NCBI RefSeq assembly: GCF_026571515.1
Contig: NW_026855417.1
Span: forward strand, 310,001-374,000
Length of the DNA stretch: 64,000 nucleotides
Reading direction: 5' to 3'
Source of the DNA: Ruditapes philippinarum
Lineage: Eukaryota
The stretch's first letter is position 1; every line of letters starts with the position of its first letter. Under the pieces are notes generated by a model. The model was given only the letters and a program-made list of their open reading frames with translations, was not told where the DNA came from and made no database searches. Below, piece after piece: positions 14,136-27,129 of this stretch. A program made the position numbers and the translations under genes.

Positions 14136-14295
14136 AGAAAAAAGTAACAGCAATAATTACAATATCTTATCCAAAAAATCATGCATGAAACATAGTATTC
14201 ATTTCATTTAATTAATATACTTAGATTAGCATTTAACCAAATAAGTTATGTTTAACACCAGAACAAATAAAAGCCTATGATTTTAAGATTATTTC

Positions 14296-14532
14296 ATAGT
14301 TTAACACATTGATTGTTTCATATTTTAACACATTGATTGTTTCATATTTTAACACATTCAATGATTGTTTCATATTTTAACACATTGATTGTTTCATAGT
14401 TTAACACACTGTTTTTTTCCATAGTTAAACACATTGATTGTTTCATAGTTTAACACATTGATTGTTTCATAGTTTAACACATTGATTGTTTCATATTTTA
14501 ACACATTGATTGTTTCATAGTTTTAACACATT
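14296..14532. repeat. 24-25-bp tandem repeat in the 3' UTR of MFSD13A copy A
   Basis: Unit TTAACACATTGATTGTTTCATA(TTT/GT), about 9 copies, ending about 13 nt from the stop codon. Confidence 0.9.
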
Positions 14533-14545
14533 TAAATTTTGCATT

Positions 14546-14849
14546 TTAAGTAGAGCATTCATTTCCACCTGCTAAAACTACACACGTGATTTCTACAGGT
14601 TTCTTTCCTCTGATAGAATAAAATGACCATGAACAAAACTGAATAAATCCAATAACACATGGAAAAAGACATAATAAGTTAAACATCACGCTGCTAAGTT
14701 CTCGGACATCTGTGGCAGTTAGTGTTCCGTCTTTTAAATGGTCGTATCCATAGGTGTTAAGTACTTTAACAACTAACATAGGACTTAAGGATATAGCAGG
14801 TTTCACCACCAGGGCGTTCATACCGTAAACCATCGAGGTTACCGGATGT
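14546..14849 (-). CDS. MFSD13A: MFSD13A/TMEM180-like copy A, coding exon 4 (last)
   Basis: TTTCAG acceptor, phase 2. Reads RHPVTSMVYGMNALVVKPAISLSP...ECST*. Paralogous to exon 4 of copies B and C. Confidence 0.9.
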
Positions 14850-15320
14850 CTGAAACCATATAAAAGAAATTACCGTCCATTAGGGTTCACGTGACAAAGG
14901 CTACAGATACAAAAAGTATATATGGTTAAATTCTTATGTTTATTTTTGTATTAGTTATATAATCGTTAAATCGCCTGACCATAGTTGTGACAATATTATT
15001 AACAATGACTTTTACTGTACTAGTACAAAGCCAAATGTTGTAAAGCTAAGAAACACCCTTGTTGCAAGTATATGTACATTGTAGTTCTTTAACAGAATTA
15101 CTGCTCACATAATTCGTAAAACATTGAAAGTCTATGTCTTCATTTATACTGTAAATAATGAATACTTTTGAAACGTAAACATGTCTAGTGTGAACACTAA
15201 CACATACTAGTTAATTAATCCGCGAAATTTCACAAAAAGATAATATAACTACTAACAAAAATAAGGGCAGTATGGCTGAAAAAATAGCTTGGAAGTGAAA
15301 TAAAATATATATATTTTTAC

Positions 15321-15404
15321 CTTCGGTTGTATCGTGCCAAATCATTGTCGGCTATATCAGAGAGTGGAAGATTGAACAGTGAAAAAATACCGTCTGCAAA
15401 AATG
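15321..15404 (-). CDS. MFSD13A: MFSD13A-like copy A, coding exon 3 (84 nt)
   Basis: AG/GT boundaries. Reads SIFADGIFSLFNLPLSDIADNDLARYNR. Same length in all three copies. Confidence 0.9.
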
Positions 15405-15647
15405 CTGAAATATATAGAAACATACCCTCAAATAATTGACATAAGATATATTTGATCAATTGTCCGGTGTAGAATAGGTTAAAATTCACTACAATATATA
15501 GGTTTTTAGGTCAACTGTACGGTCAACTTTGAAGGCTCTCCACTGAGGTTTTGTTTTGGCACGACGTAATTGAAATTTTTTTTTAACTATTCAATTTTGA
15601 ATAAAAAAAAAACATAAAAAAAGACAAAAAAAAATATGTAAACTAAC

Positions 15648-15802
15648 CTTTCTGTCAACATAAACAACATAAGCCACCAGTGGTTGCCCATTCCTATCAT
15701 GAAATAAAACAATCCATACACCATCATAAACACTTGACTGTAACGTATCACTTTAAAATATCCAAACCTGCCCACAACACCAGTTCCTAATATCACTACC
15801 AT
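15648..15802 (-). CDS. MFSD13A: MFSD13A-like copy A, coding exon 2 (155 nt)
   Basis: TTTATAG acceptor, GTTAGT donor. Reads MVVILGTGVVGRFGYFKVIRY...MLTE. Confidence 0.9.
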
Positions 15803-15966
15803 CTATAAATAAAATAATAAAATAAGAACATTGAAAAAATCATAGATACTCCTGGACTTAAACTCACTAAAAAGATGTTCAAATTTAAGTAGAAATAGCC
15901 CAAGAGTATAAATATACTTCAGATATATAGGTGACCATGGTTTTGGAATCTGCATCAATTCAGTAA

Positions 15967-16665
15967 AGGCCTCAACAGACGGTAGGATTTAGTTGTACAG
16001 CACTAATTAGAGATAAGATGTACAATTTTCAAAGCAATACAACGCTTGCATTCAGACTGTAATTCTGCATTGTAGGAATAATCTGAAGTTTCCCTAAAAT
16101 AAAGTTCCCTCCCAATTGATCCCTACATACTTTACTCACTATATATTTTTTTTCTCCATGAGTAATGATTGAAGCACCTTCATTATTTTCATTTTTTTTT
16201 CATATTATTTTTTAATGTGCAGTCTGACCGAGATTCGAACCAGGGACCCTCGGAATACCGTAATGCGGCTCTACTGACTGACCTATCCGGCCGCCTACAA
16301 ACTACATCCGTGATTGAGTTCAATACAGGGACATAATCATTTTCATTTTCGAAATAATTTGGGATTCGAGCATACCACAACTTTGGGTCTCCTGAAGAGT
16401 TTTTCAACATCATTTTTACCCCATTTTACTACTATGTTTACCTTTCAGCCCTAATTGTTCTGGAATTTCATTCATTACAGATAATTTGGTAATCTGTTAC
16501 TTGTCATTGTGGGAGGTCTGTAGAAATCTGTACGACAAGATTTTCAAAATAGAACATGTCCTATCATTCAAGAAATAGTACCCTTCATACATTAAGATTT
16601 GCCTGTACATCTTAGTTTTAATTAATTGGTGTTGTACTTCAAAATCCTACCGTCTGTTGAGGCCT
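15967..16665. mobile_element. MITE in intron 1 of copy A, carrying a nested tRNA-SINE head (16218-16294, minus strand)
   Basis: Perfect 24-bp TIR AGGCCTCAACAGACGGTAGGATTT, extending imperfectly to about 60 bp. Internal GGTTCGAATC B-box. Confidence 0.75.
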
Positions 16666-17380
16666 AACGGGTTGCTTAGTGGGGAAATCTGTATAAGTAC
16701 AATGAGAGTTAAGTGGAAAACCGTCCAAACGTGTCCACATAAACCACTTTAAAGACAAAAAAACAATAAAGTGTTATTTCATGAGCAGAGTAACATATAT
16801 GGAATTTTTTATTGACAACAGATGCTTGTTTGACCGACTGAATCCCTCAAGAATTGACATCACTCTAGTAAAATATATTCCCAGGGATATAAATGTCTTA
16901 TAGGTATGTTTCAAGTTGACAATATTTTACCATGTTGCCATGATATAGTATGTCAACCAAGTACAAAAATAGGGTGTATATAATTGTCTCCAAAATTGTG
17001 CAACTGCAATATATTTATATTTATATGTAAATATATAGACATTAAGCCTTACATAATTAGTGTTCATAGTGTGCAGGTATCATATGTTACAAAGAAATCA
17101 GCGACTCTCATTTCCTATTTTCTGGTCACAGCTGTCTAGATATATATTTGAGATCGACAGTGTTTATCAGAAATAATATAAGTTTATATCAGTACAATTA
17201 CACGTTGTTTTGTTGTTTTTGTCAGACATATATATATATTATTGGCTTTAGTAATTATTTATTGTGTCCTGACTTCTTAGGGGGTTTGAGAAATAGAGAG
17301 AGGACAGGATCATTTAATATAACTTTAAAATTTATCATGGAAGGATAGCACTCTCTACTATTCTCAGTGCTTGATAATAA

Positions 17381-17628
17381 AACAAGAGGCTGAATAATGT
17401 ATACATATAGATTTGAAAAAGGGCCATAATTCTGTCGAAATCCAAGTTAAAGTTATAGGCCTTGGGTAGTGACCTTCTATTATGTTCTCAAATATGAGTG
17501 TGAAGTTTCAAACCATTCCATTCAGTAGTTTTGGAGATACCAACTTGAACGCAAAAACTCAACCAAAGTGTGACCCTGGCCCTTGTAGTACAACAGTTCT
17601 CCCTATTCATTGAATAGCGAGCTAAAAA
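17381..17628 (+). mobile_element. Short HINE/pearl-type (Helentron-associated) non-autonomous element
   Basis: AACAAGAG start, GGGCCATAA core and CTATTC...GAATAGCGAGCTAAAAA hairpin end, the same architecture as 42889-44383. Confidence 0.5.
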
Positions 17629-17896
17629 GACTTTATTCTTCATACCTTATATATGTTATCAAGATAATTTTTAATCTACAGTATTAATTCATTGCCCTGT
17701 AAAATGAATAGTTTAACATTTTTCAACATCAAAACAGACAGGTTAACAATGGACTCTTGTGTTGATTATAATAATAAAGTAATTTTTTTGAGGAGAAAAA
17801 AACTCAATTCATACGCTCAATTTATAATCATCTTGTTAATTTGAAATTTGATCTTACAATATGCTATTAATAAGTACATTTATATATAAACTTTAC

Positions 17897-18784
17897 CTTT
17901 GGAACAGCAGAACTGGCTCCATAAAACAAGCTCCGTACAAATGATGGAATGGCTCCTTTTACTATCAACTGGTCCGCAAATATTGCAAAAAAGTTCGATA
18001 AGAAAGTCCTATGAAATTCTTGAAAAAAGTTCGTTATAACAAAAGCAAGAAAGTCCCTGTTAAATAGTATTTGCTTGGTAAGTGTAAAATAGGAGTATTC
18101 TTGTGATTTTATAACTTTAGGTTTCCCACATTTTACGTCTTTTTCTTGTTGAATTTCTCTTTCAGTATGTGCATATTTGCCGCAATAAATATGTAACAAA
18201 CAACTTAAAACTGCAACACCAACACAACCTACTTGGAAAGCTTGGAAATTTTCTAATTGATTTGACATGTATTGCAAAATAAAAATACTTGATGATCCCA
18301 CTAAACATCCTATATGATTGTACCTTATCATTTTAAGTCTTGCTTCATTATCAGACGCCAGTTCCGTGAATAAACAGCACGCAGCCAAACCGACGTATGT
18401 ATACATTGTGTCCCAGAAGCATAAAGCAGTTATCAGATGAATTCCAGTAACCCATGGCTGCAGCGTCTCTGGATCTCCCCATGGAAACCATGGAACGAGA
18501 AATGAGAGAGCAAATAATGGTGCTGCGTACAAAACACTTTCACGTCGAGTTCTTGAGCATCTGAAGTTTGTACTGTCTTGAAAATATGCAAACAGAGGGT
18601 CGTTAATGGCATTCCAAATCATGAAGAGTGTCTGGGACAGTTGAAACCAGCTTTCTTCTATGTGATAGTGGTTTAGAAATACTTTCACATAATAAAAGCT
18701 GAATGCCGAGCTCACCAGACTGAAACCAAATGATGAGGCTGCAAGTGCCACTATCCTAGTATGTAAGGAAACTCGTGACGTCAT
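17897..18784 (-). CDS. MFSD13A: MFSD13A/TMEM180-like MFS transporter copy A, coding exon 1 (888 nt); spliced product 476 aa
   Basis: YYVKVFLN...WNAINDPLF...RR...LSFLVPWFPW motifs typical of TMEM180 (MFS_2/GPH-like). AAG|GTAAAG donor. The join 18784-17897, 15802-15648, 15404-15321, 14849-14546 is 1431 nt and open. Confidence 0.92.
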
Positions 18785-19491
18785 CTTGATGTATATAAAT
18801 ATTCCGTTTCTGCACAGAAATTGTTGTAGTTGTACAAGTGTGACACGTACAACACGATACTGCTATCTTAAAACATGAGCTACATACGACAGCTGTCATA
18901 CCATTACTTCACCTGGGAGGTAAATATACAAACTTTATATCAATACAATTTATTGCACAAGTATCTTAAATCATTGAGCTATTATATCCCCTTATGATGT
19001 TAAAAACTTTAATTAACACAACATATAGATCACTGTCCACAGACTCAATGTAAACATTGTAATTTAGTTTATGAGTATACAAGTACATATGTAAACTATA
19101 CAGGTGTTGAAAATATATGTATATATCATATAGTATACGCTATTTTGTATATCATAGCATAATAGCAAAATATATTTGAAAGTTTTAGTTGAAAGGGACC
19201 ACTGATTGAGCTAAAAAGAAAATTTATTTTTTAATGAAATGCATTAAACAGTAAACATTAAAGCTGCATGCCTCCAGGTGAGCCAAAATATTTAAAGAAA
19301 ATCAAACTTGGAAAAAATGTATTGAGGTTTTATGAAAAGTAAACAGATTGAAAATAAAAGTGATAATTTCTATATGGTTTGCGATAAATGGCCGATTTTC
19401 AGTAATTTTCACCATATTTCTACTGCGTTACTTACCAGTAAGGGTTAATTTTGCATATTTTGATCTCTTTTTTGGTAATTAACATGCGTTG

Positions 19492-20309
19492 CAGGCCTAG
19501 ACATTAACTTTTGAATCAGGTTGTCCTGTCGGGCAAGTAGTTTTTAAAACTACTTGCCCGTGACCTAAGACTTACTTGTCCTGACCTAAAGATGGTAAAA
19601 ATGTATAAATCAGAAAAACAAACAAGCTCATAAATATTTTTTTGTATTTAGTAGTTTTTCTAAAACATCGGTTCATCTGTTTATTCAATGTGAATATACT
19701 ACGGTCATGTAAATTTGTTGATATAGGAAACGGAAGGAAAAATATGAGCATGCGCCGCGGTAAGGAAATTCCCAGTTCAATCATCAAGTCAACAGCCGTA
19801 AACGAGTCTTCGTTTACTAAGTTCATAATGTTGTTATATTAGATTAAACAATAAATCATTTTTAATGCAAAAACTTTATTTAACAATTATATTTAAAGAT
19901 CAATATGATTATCTACATATTTTCAATGATATCTTTACATGCAAACATCAAAATTTAAACAACAGCATAACCTGGGAATTACCTTGTACAAAATTAGATA
20001 TAGTCTATTATTAGAACAGAGAATTACCTTACCGCGGCGCATGCTCATATTTTTGCTTCCGTTTCCTATATCAACAAATGTACATGACCGTAGTATATTC
20101 ACATTATTGATAATAATTCATGGTGTATTTTTGTTTTAAAGATGTTTATAAATGAAAAGATGTTATTTTTATTCATTTTGTACATGCATTTGTCAATGAT
20201 GCTCTTTATTTTCACTTGCCCTGTCGGACAAGTGCTTTTCAAAATAACTTGCCCGGACCAAACTTTTAGTTGTCCCGGGCAGTCGGACAACCGTTAATGT
20301 CGAGCCCTG
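19492..20309. mobile_element. Non-autonomous TIR element (CAGG...CCTG, hAT-like termini)
   Basis: TIR CAGGCCTAGACATTAAC / CAGGGCTCGACATTAAC (15/17). Duplicated target (TG)CGTTG(CA). Subterminal TTGCCC/GGGCAAG motifs. Confidence 0.75.
19687..20105. mobile_element. MITE with about 85-bp TIRs, nested in the element at 19492-20309
   Basis: AATGTGAATATACTACGGTCATGT...GCATGCGCCGCGGTAAGG is present in inverted orientation at both ends with few mismatches. Confidence 0.75.
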
Positions 20310-22693
20310 CGTTGCAAGTGCCGTTTCCAATGTGCATATTATCTTCTTTGTCAGCTTCACAATAGTTTACTTTTGATACAATTTCAAATTTTAATGAAAA
20401 TTAACTGGAATCTGCAGAGGCGTGATACTTTAAAGAATAATTATGAATGTAGTTACTAGGAATCGAAGTAATGTACTTTGTAACTATTTTTGTTCATTTT
20501 TCAGAATTATATACATTACAAAGTTATTATCATTGTGCTGAATGTAGTCTGGGTTATCAGTAACCAAGATTTAGTATAAAATAATAAGCTGTATATTCAG
20601 GGGAATTAATAAGTCACATATAATCATACACGCAGTTGTCTCTGTTTTTAACAATTTTACAACATTTCTATGCAATTTGTAAATATCAAAATATCACATT
20701 AATTAACTATTCTTGATCTAGCATTTACATATTCTAGCTTTGATTTAAAACTGCGACATATATTTCTAAAGTTTAAATCTGTAAATCAAAAATGAAAGTA
20801 GCATACCTAGTTACTGTTCCATATTGTAAAACACGAGTTCGTTAACTAAAGTACCTGAGGCATATTCACGCGTGTATATGTTTTAACATAACATGTTTAA
20901 CATGTAAGATCACATATTGCGTATAAATGAATGTGTAAATTAACTTCTAGTAAATTGTACCTCAAAAGTTTACATGAATTGTACATTATCATTGATATTA
21001 AACCAACATAATTTATTTTAATATTTAAGGTAAATTACAATGTATTTAAATATACTCTTTACGTGTTAAAACCGACTTACCTTTAAACAATTTAGATCCC
21101 AGAAAATGTGATAAACGCGTAAGTCTGACATTCAACTTTGACAGTTTAAGTGTGTCAAATATAATATGAAAAGTTTAGACCTTGACCTTGATAGCTTTAA
21201 TACAAAACACACACTTGTTATATACACACTTGTATTATCTAGACGTTTTAGTGGTCATTGATCCAGTCAGTGCACTCGTGGTGTGCTACCTGATCAAATG
21301 TGTATATTTTATTTGCTTTGATTTAATGTAATGTAGCAAAACAACATCATCCTGTATATGATAGAGATACCGTTATTATTATAATAAAATCTACAGCACC
21401 ATATATTGTACCATATTTATCATAATACAAAAAAAAACTGAAACGGCTATATAGATCTATGACTGAATTAGTCATGAAGTAAATTAACGGGTTAAAAAAA
21501 ACAATTAGTTCCGTAATATTTTAAGTAGAAAGTTTATTCAATTACTGAACTAATGCAAAATATATTTTTGATACATCTGTATCAATAAGTTATTAATGAA
21601 CTCGTATTATTACGTTATGTTTTATTACCAATAATAATTTTGACGGAAATGGCCGATAAGTTACGACTGGTCAACATGATGTGGGTTTTGTGTGTGTGTG
21701 TGTGTGTGTGTTTTTTTATCGTGATTATCTTTGTAATTTACCGGTAATTATTATGAACAACAAATGAAATTAACAACAAAATAATCTTTTGAAATAAAAA
21801 TAGCTATGCATTAATATGGAAGACGTGACTGTCTTATATGTGATCTATCTCGAGAAATGATGATATAATTTTGTCGTTTAAGCGTGCTAACATGTGCAAT
21901 TTACAATGTCTTGTCACATAACATGTATATTACTAAGACTGAAATATGAAGAGAAAATACAACGAAACAATAAAACAATTAACACGGGAAATTAAATCTG
22001 AAAGTCCGATAAATAAAATGGGTAAAGTAAAATGTGATATAGGCGATGGTCGTCAAGTTAAAGAAACATACAACAAACGTTAATTTGTACCTGTGGGAAA
22101 TTGTTATATATAGTATTTGTATGTTATTTACGTGATATTGATACAGGAGATATTTAGAAATCGGTTGTCACTTCACATGTATGCTACGTTACTATAGTGA
22201 TATACTGATACAACGGACAGCACAATTTCAGATATACTGGTCCTTTCTAGGTACAATTAAAAGGGACAACCATTCTTAAACATTCACCATACCGAAAATT
22301 GTAGATTTCTTCAAAGTTATAAATAAAACTTACTTTTTACCATTCTTTCGTACATATGCAGACGATCTAAATACCGACACAAGAAGTATTGATATATTCC
22401 AACATGAAATATTAACGATTCCAGGTTTCCATTGAGTGCTTTATTGATATTACTTATGCATAACTTTGTACGTTAATGATTATCATTCTTTAGTAGAATT
22501 AAAACCTCATAGCGTTCATAGTTTATATATGTAATCGATACAAGAAAAATACAATACGACAAAACTATACATGTAGTACAAACAGCAGTGACTTTGTTCA
22601 ATATATGTACAGAGTCATCAATATCCTTACGCCAGTGTAGATCTTAAATAATATATGCACAGAAATAACAAGACGTTTTCGAAATGAAATAAA

Positions 22694-22710
22694 TGTTGTT
22701 GTTGTTGTTG

Positions 22711-22741
<31 letters not shown>

Positions 22742-22743
22742 TG
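22694..22743. repeat. Compound (GTT)n(GCT)n microsatellite
   Basis: Seen directly. A (GT)n run also lies at about 21689-21711. Confidence 0.9.
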
Positions 22744-23769
22744 TTTCTTCTTGTGTTAATTTGAATCCGTGAAGAAAAAAACTTCATGTAAGTTAGTAGT
22801 AGTATACATGTAGATATACATATATAATATTAAGCGAATTTGTTTTATATGATATAAGCCATCTGTCACCTGGAAATATCATGTTTTATAATGATCGGCA
22901 TTCCGTCCCTCAATAAAGTCTGAAGTTATTTCCCCTTACATTGTGATTTTCAGCAAATAATTTGTTAATAGAAACAATATATTACGACAACGAGATTCGC
23001 CAGTTTTCAATTATTGCATCTTTGTCATCATTAACCAAAAATATTGAATATTTACATTTAAAAGACTACTATAGTCACTGACTACAAAGTACTTTACAAG
23101 AAGACAGAACCCAGTTTCAAAATCATCCTTCTAGCATTGTTTAATGAATTGTGGTTCAGATGCTTTGTAATGATTTTAAAGTGTGCTTAATCAAAGCGAA
23201 TTTTTAAGGCATAAGTTTTTATAACGATTTAGAAATAAAAAACATTAGGTTATGGAAAGAAATCTTAAATTTGGAACTGAAACAATTTGATTCGTTGATA
23301 ATTACATTAACAATGTTTATTAGTTAAATTTGAAAAGTTAATACAATTTGAGTTACTTCCGGATCTATCATTTCTGGGATCATGCTATAACAGCAATACG
23401 TCATATTTTTTTTAAATTATAAAGTGGTATTCTATTTAGAGTGCGTAATTTGCATTTGTACATATATTTATAGTTTCTGGGCATAAGTAATCTTTTGATC
23501 TGTTAGAATGTTCTCATTTATTTGCACCTACTTGCTATGCATAAATGTTCTTGCTCAGAACAGATATGCACGGAGTTAAAAGTGTCTGGCTTAAAACTGA
23601 CTGGAGCTGCATGTGTTACAGATGTATGCTTTGAGGTTGTCTCATGCTGTTTTTGTATGCATGGTGCTACAAATATTAATTTTAGATTTTCACGTGTTGC
23701 AGGTATGTGCATTGTGCAACAGGTATACTCATTAAGATTGTCACGTCCTGCGCGACCGTATTTCTAACT

Positions 23770-24420
23770 GCAAGTTACCGTCCACGCCTCCTATAGCACC
23801 GACTTAAGCAGTGTTCAAAATTAAAACATGGAAGTGGTGAAATTTGAATTAAGAACCATCTGCATTTGTGTTCATACGGCGGTGATGATATCACTTACAA
23901 TGTGGCACGTTAATGCCATTCCATGAAAAGCGGCGTATCTTCCCCCAAGTTAAAATTGCATGTGCTCAAAACGAATAAACAATGGGCCCAAACTTTTAAA
24001 TAAAATGGAAAAATTGAAGGGGGTTTTGAGGGTTTTGAAAACCTGCACATCACCGAAAAAGCTTTCCCAAAAAACAAAATTTTAAAAAAGGGAAGGGAAC
24101 CCAAAATTTCCCAAAAAGGGGGATTATAAAAATATTCCCAAAAAGGGAAAACTATAACCCCCGAACCCCAGTAAAAAACGAATAAAAAAGAAAATAAGTG
24201 TACCACAAACACTAACGTGTCCTATTTTTGAGGTTCCATAAAAACCGCCGTATAAACACAATTGCGAAAGGTTACTAAAGTTAAACATCACCCTCACCAT
24301 ATCAAAATGTTGAATTCTGCTTAAGCCGGTGGGGGGACGTGGACAGCAGCTTCCGCCATGAACAGGCTCGATGAAACCGAGCCTAAAACAGTTTCAATTT
24401 GCTGTTTTGGACTTTCTAAA
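23770..24420. mobile_element. Degenerate inverted-repeat element; related arm at about 56545-56690
   Basis: CCGTCCACGCC...GCACCGACTTAAGCAG at about 23778-23810 is inverted at about 24318-24346. TGTTGAATT..GCTTAAG..GGTG...CCATGAACAGGCTC...AAACCGAGCCT recurs at 56546-56637. Confidence 0.5.
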
Positions 24421-26852
24421 AGTTACAGATTCTTATTTTTATTATTATATTGTGAAATTGTAAAAATATCGGAACATAAAATCTGTATTCACACTTAAAA
24501 TAATGTTCAGACAATATGCAAAGTTCAAGCAGTTCGTTCTGTATTATTCTATTTAACAAAATGAACACCAAAGATGGGCCACACCATGACTTCTAGATAA
24601 CTTTTGTTGTACCTTATATACAAGACATTGCTACATCTATACTTATTAATTTCTCTCCTGCCTTATATATTCAGATAACTATTTTTGAACACAGGGTTAG
24701 ATTCATATAACTTATGTAAAGGACATTAATGCATTACTCTAATGTCACATGTGTAAGCTCCCGTTCAACTAGAGAGTACCCAGAAGTCTACATTACTCGT
24801 GTGATCCCCGAGATTTTTTTGTATAAAGCACATAAATTTAAAACATTATTTTATTATTATATTTTTTTATTTTTTATTCATTTTTATTGAGTATATCCAG
24901 ACAATACAGCATGCTTAATAGCTGAGTTCTTTGGTTTGTATTTTTTGATAAGTTAAAATTGTTTCTTTTTGATATTAGTATGTGTGAGAATCATGCACTT
25001 CTGTCACCGTTTATATATAACCGTTTTAGAGTTCCACTAACCAATCTTGTAACCACGTCTTTTTTGTATCTTAATTGTTACCTATTTATGCAAAACAGCA
25101 CCAATACTCCTATTAAGGTTGATCCAAGTCTGCTTTGAGGTTTGGAAGGAGAAAGTAATTGAGGATAATTTGTTTAAACACATTATATTTCAAACATTTT
25201 GCACAAACATATCTTACATATACAATGACTACTTGCGCAATACAAGGGTATAGAAAAGAAGCACATCCGAAATTATACAATGCTTATAAAGGTCTTTTCC
25301 TAATACATGTAATTCATTACTGTATTTTTTTCTGAGATTTTTGTAAAAGATACATATGAAAAGTTAAAAAAAAGAAAATATTCTATTTACGTTAAATTCA
25401 AAAAGATAAGAAAAAAATGCAATAGTGTAAATCTAAAGCTAAAAATAGACAATTATATAGAGTTATAATCATTACATGTTAAACCACAGGGGCATGATTT
25501 TTAGCCTCGAAACTGTGGATAGTTCTCGATTAAACATAGCATATAGCAATGTATGAGAACTTTATTGCTGTACCCAGGTGAGTCAGAAAGACATCATATT
25601 GTGAAGACTCCTTCATTTATCACTGAGGAATTATTTATAGATAGGTCAACAATTTTTGGCTCGGTCGACAGCAAATGAGAGTAAATCCTTGGCAGAAAAA
25701 CAAAAGGTAAATAAGGATGACCACAACTTAAAGGAAGACAGAGCAGCAAGAATACCGCCTACAAAGGCCCGATGAAGCAAGACAGAAGACGAAAATTAAG
25801 ACAATTCAGTCCCAATGGGTTTTAAAAACTGTCCCTCATAGAGTCTCCCACTTGGTCCGTCAGATGAAATCAAAAGACGAAAGCGTTGTGTTCAACTGTA
25901 TAGGGGTTGAACACTAAGCATGCGGTATGTAATAAAAAAGTAGGGTCATAATCGTTTTTAATAAAACGTTTAAAATTTCAGGAAAGAAAAATTATCATAA
26001 CCAAAGTTTGTAAATTACATCTCGATAGAAATTTCACTTGCTAATCGAATCAGGTTTATGGAAAACTAAATTGGTTCAAAAATTAATGAATAAACGCAGG
26101 AAGACTATGAAAATGATTTATCGTTTGGAAATAATCCACTTGGCACTTGAGAAATAAGCGAATCAAAATGTTGTTTCCTTTGTCTGCTCTATTGTCAAGC
26201 TCAATGACGTTCACGCACTTAATTGAGCACCATACAAGACAGTTATACATTAAGCGGTTTTGATCCAATCATATGTTAAGCTCTAGTAGAATTCATCTAA
26301 CTCTTACCAAAACCCTAGTTGTAATGTAACAAGCTTGATGTATTCACAAATAAGGAGAAGATAATGAAAGGTTATCGGTATTTAAAACATCGGGCCCAAC
26401 AAGATTAATTTCAAAATAAATATAAGAATGCTACAAACTAAGTTTAATGAAGCTCCATTAATTTGCTCAAGTGAAGTTATTCTTAAGGGTGTTGTTCAGC
26501 TATAGTGATATGTAAAAGGGGACGCATCAAAATACTTAGACAAATTTTAACAATCGAACATTGCTATAATGGCAAAGGTAATTTCAGAAGTAAATCAGAC
26601 ATATGTGCTATTAGAGGAAACAAAGTGAATTGTTTATGTTGGATTTTTCATTTAAACAAATACATAGTACCTTAGCAATTCAAACGACCTAACAAAATTT
26701 CTTCAAAAATAAATATACGAAGCAAATACATGTAATTATAAAATATGCATTAAAAATGATAAAAGTAAATCAAATTCTTTATCACAGCAATCAAAATAGT
26801 AGAAATAGAAATAAACTAAATACAGTGCCGTTGTTAGAGCCAACATTTAAAA

Positions 26853-27129
26853 TCATGTCGAATGACTTTTTTCTCCTTGCTTTCCCCCCCTGATTCTATA
26901 AAATGACCAGGCACAGAACTGAACACATCCAATAACACATGGATAAAGACATAACAAGTTAAACATAGCGCTGCTGAGATCATGAACCTCATTGGCATTT
27001 AGTGTTCCATCTTTCAAATGGTCGTATCCATACATGTTTAAAATCTTAACAACAAACAAAGGTGATAATGATATAGCAGGTTTCACCACCAAGGCGTTCA
27101 TGCCGTAAACCATGGAGGTAACTGGATGT
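26853..27129 (-). CDS. MFSD13A: MFSD13A-like copy B, coding exon 4 (last)
   Basis: TTTTCAG acceptor. Reads RHPVTSMVYGMNALVVKPAISLSP...GEKSHST*. Confidence 0.88.

Larger units (their letters stand above)
19262..20429. mobile_element. Old TTAA-flanked (Kolobok-like) non-autonomous element hosting two nested insertions
   Basis: TTAA on both sides. Imperfect TIR AGCTGCATGCCTC / AGTATCACGCCTC. Confidence 0.45.

Noticed and set aside
16218-16294. tRNA-like sequence
   Set aside because: It has A and B boxes but no convincing acceptor or anticodon stems, and it lies inside a MITE. Better explained as a SINE head.
17867-17896. ORF-track C-terminal extensions of the large first exons (VKFIYKCTY and equivalents in B and C)
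   Set aside because: Read-through into intron 1 past conserved AAG|GT donors.
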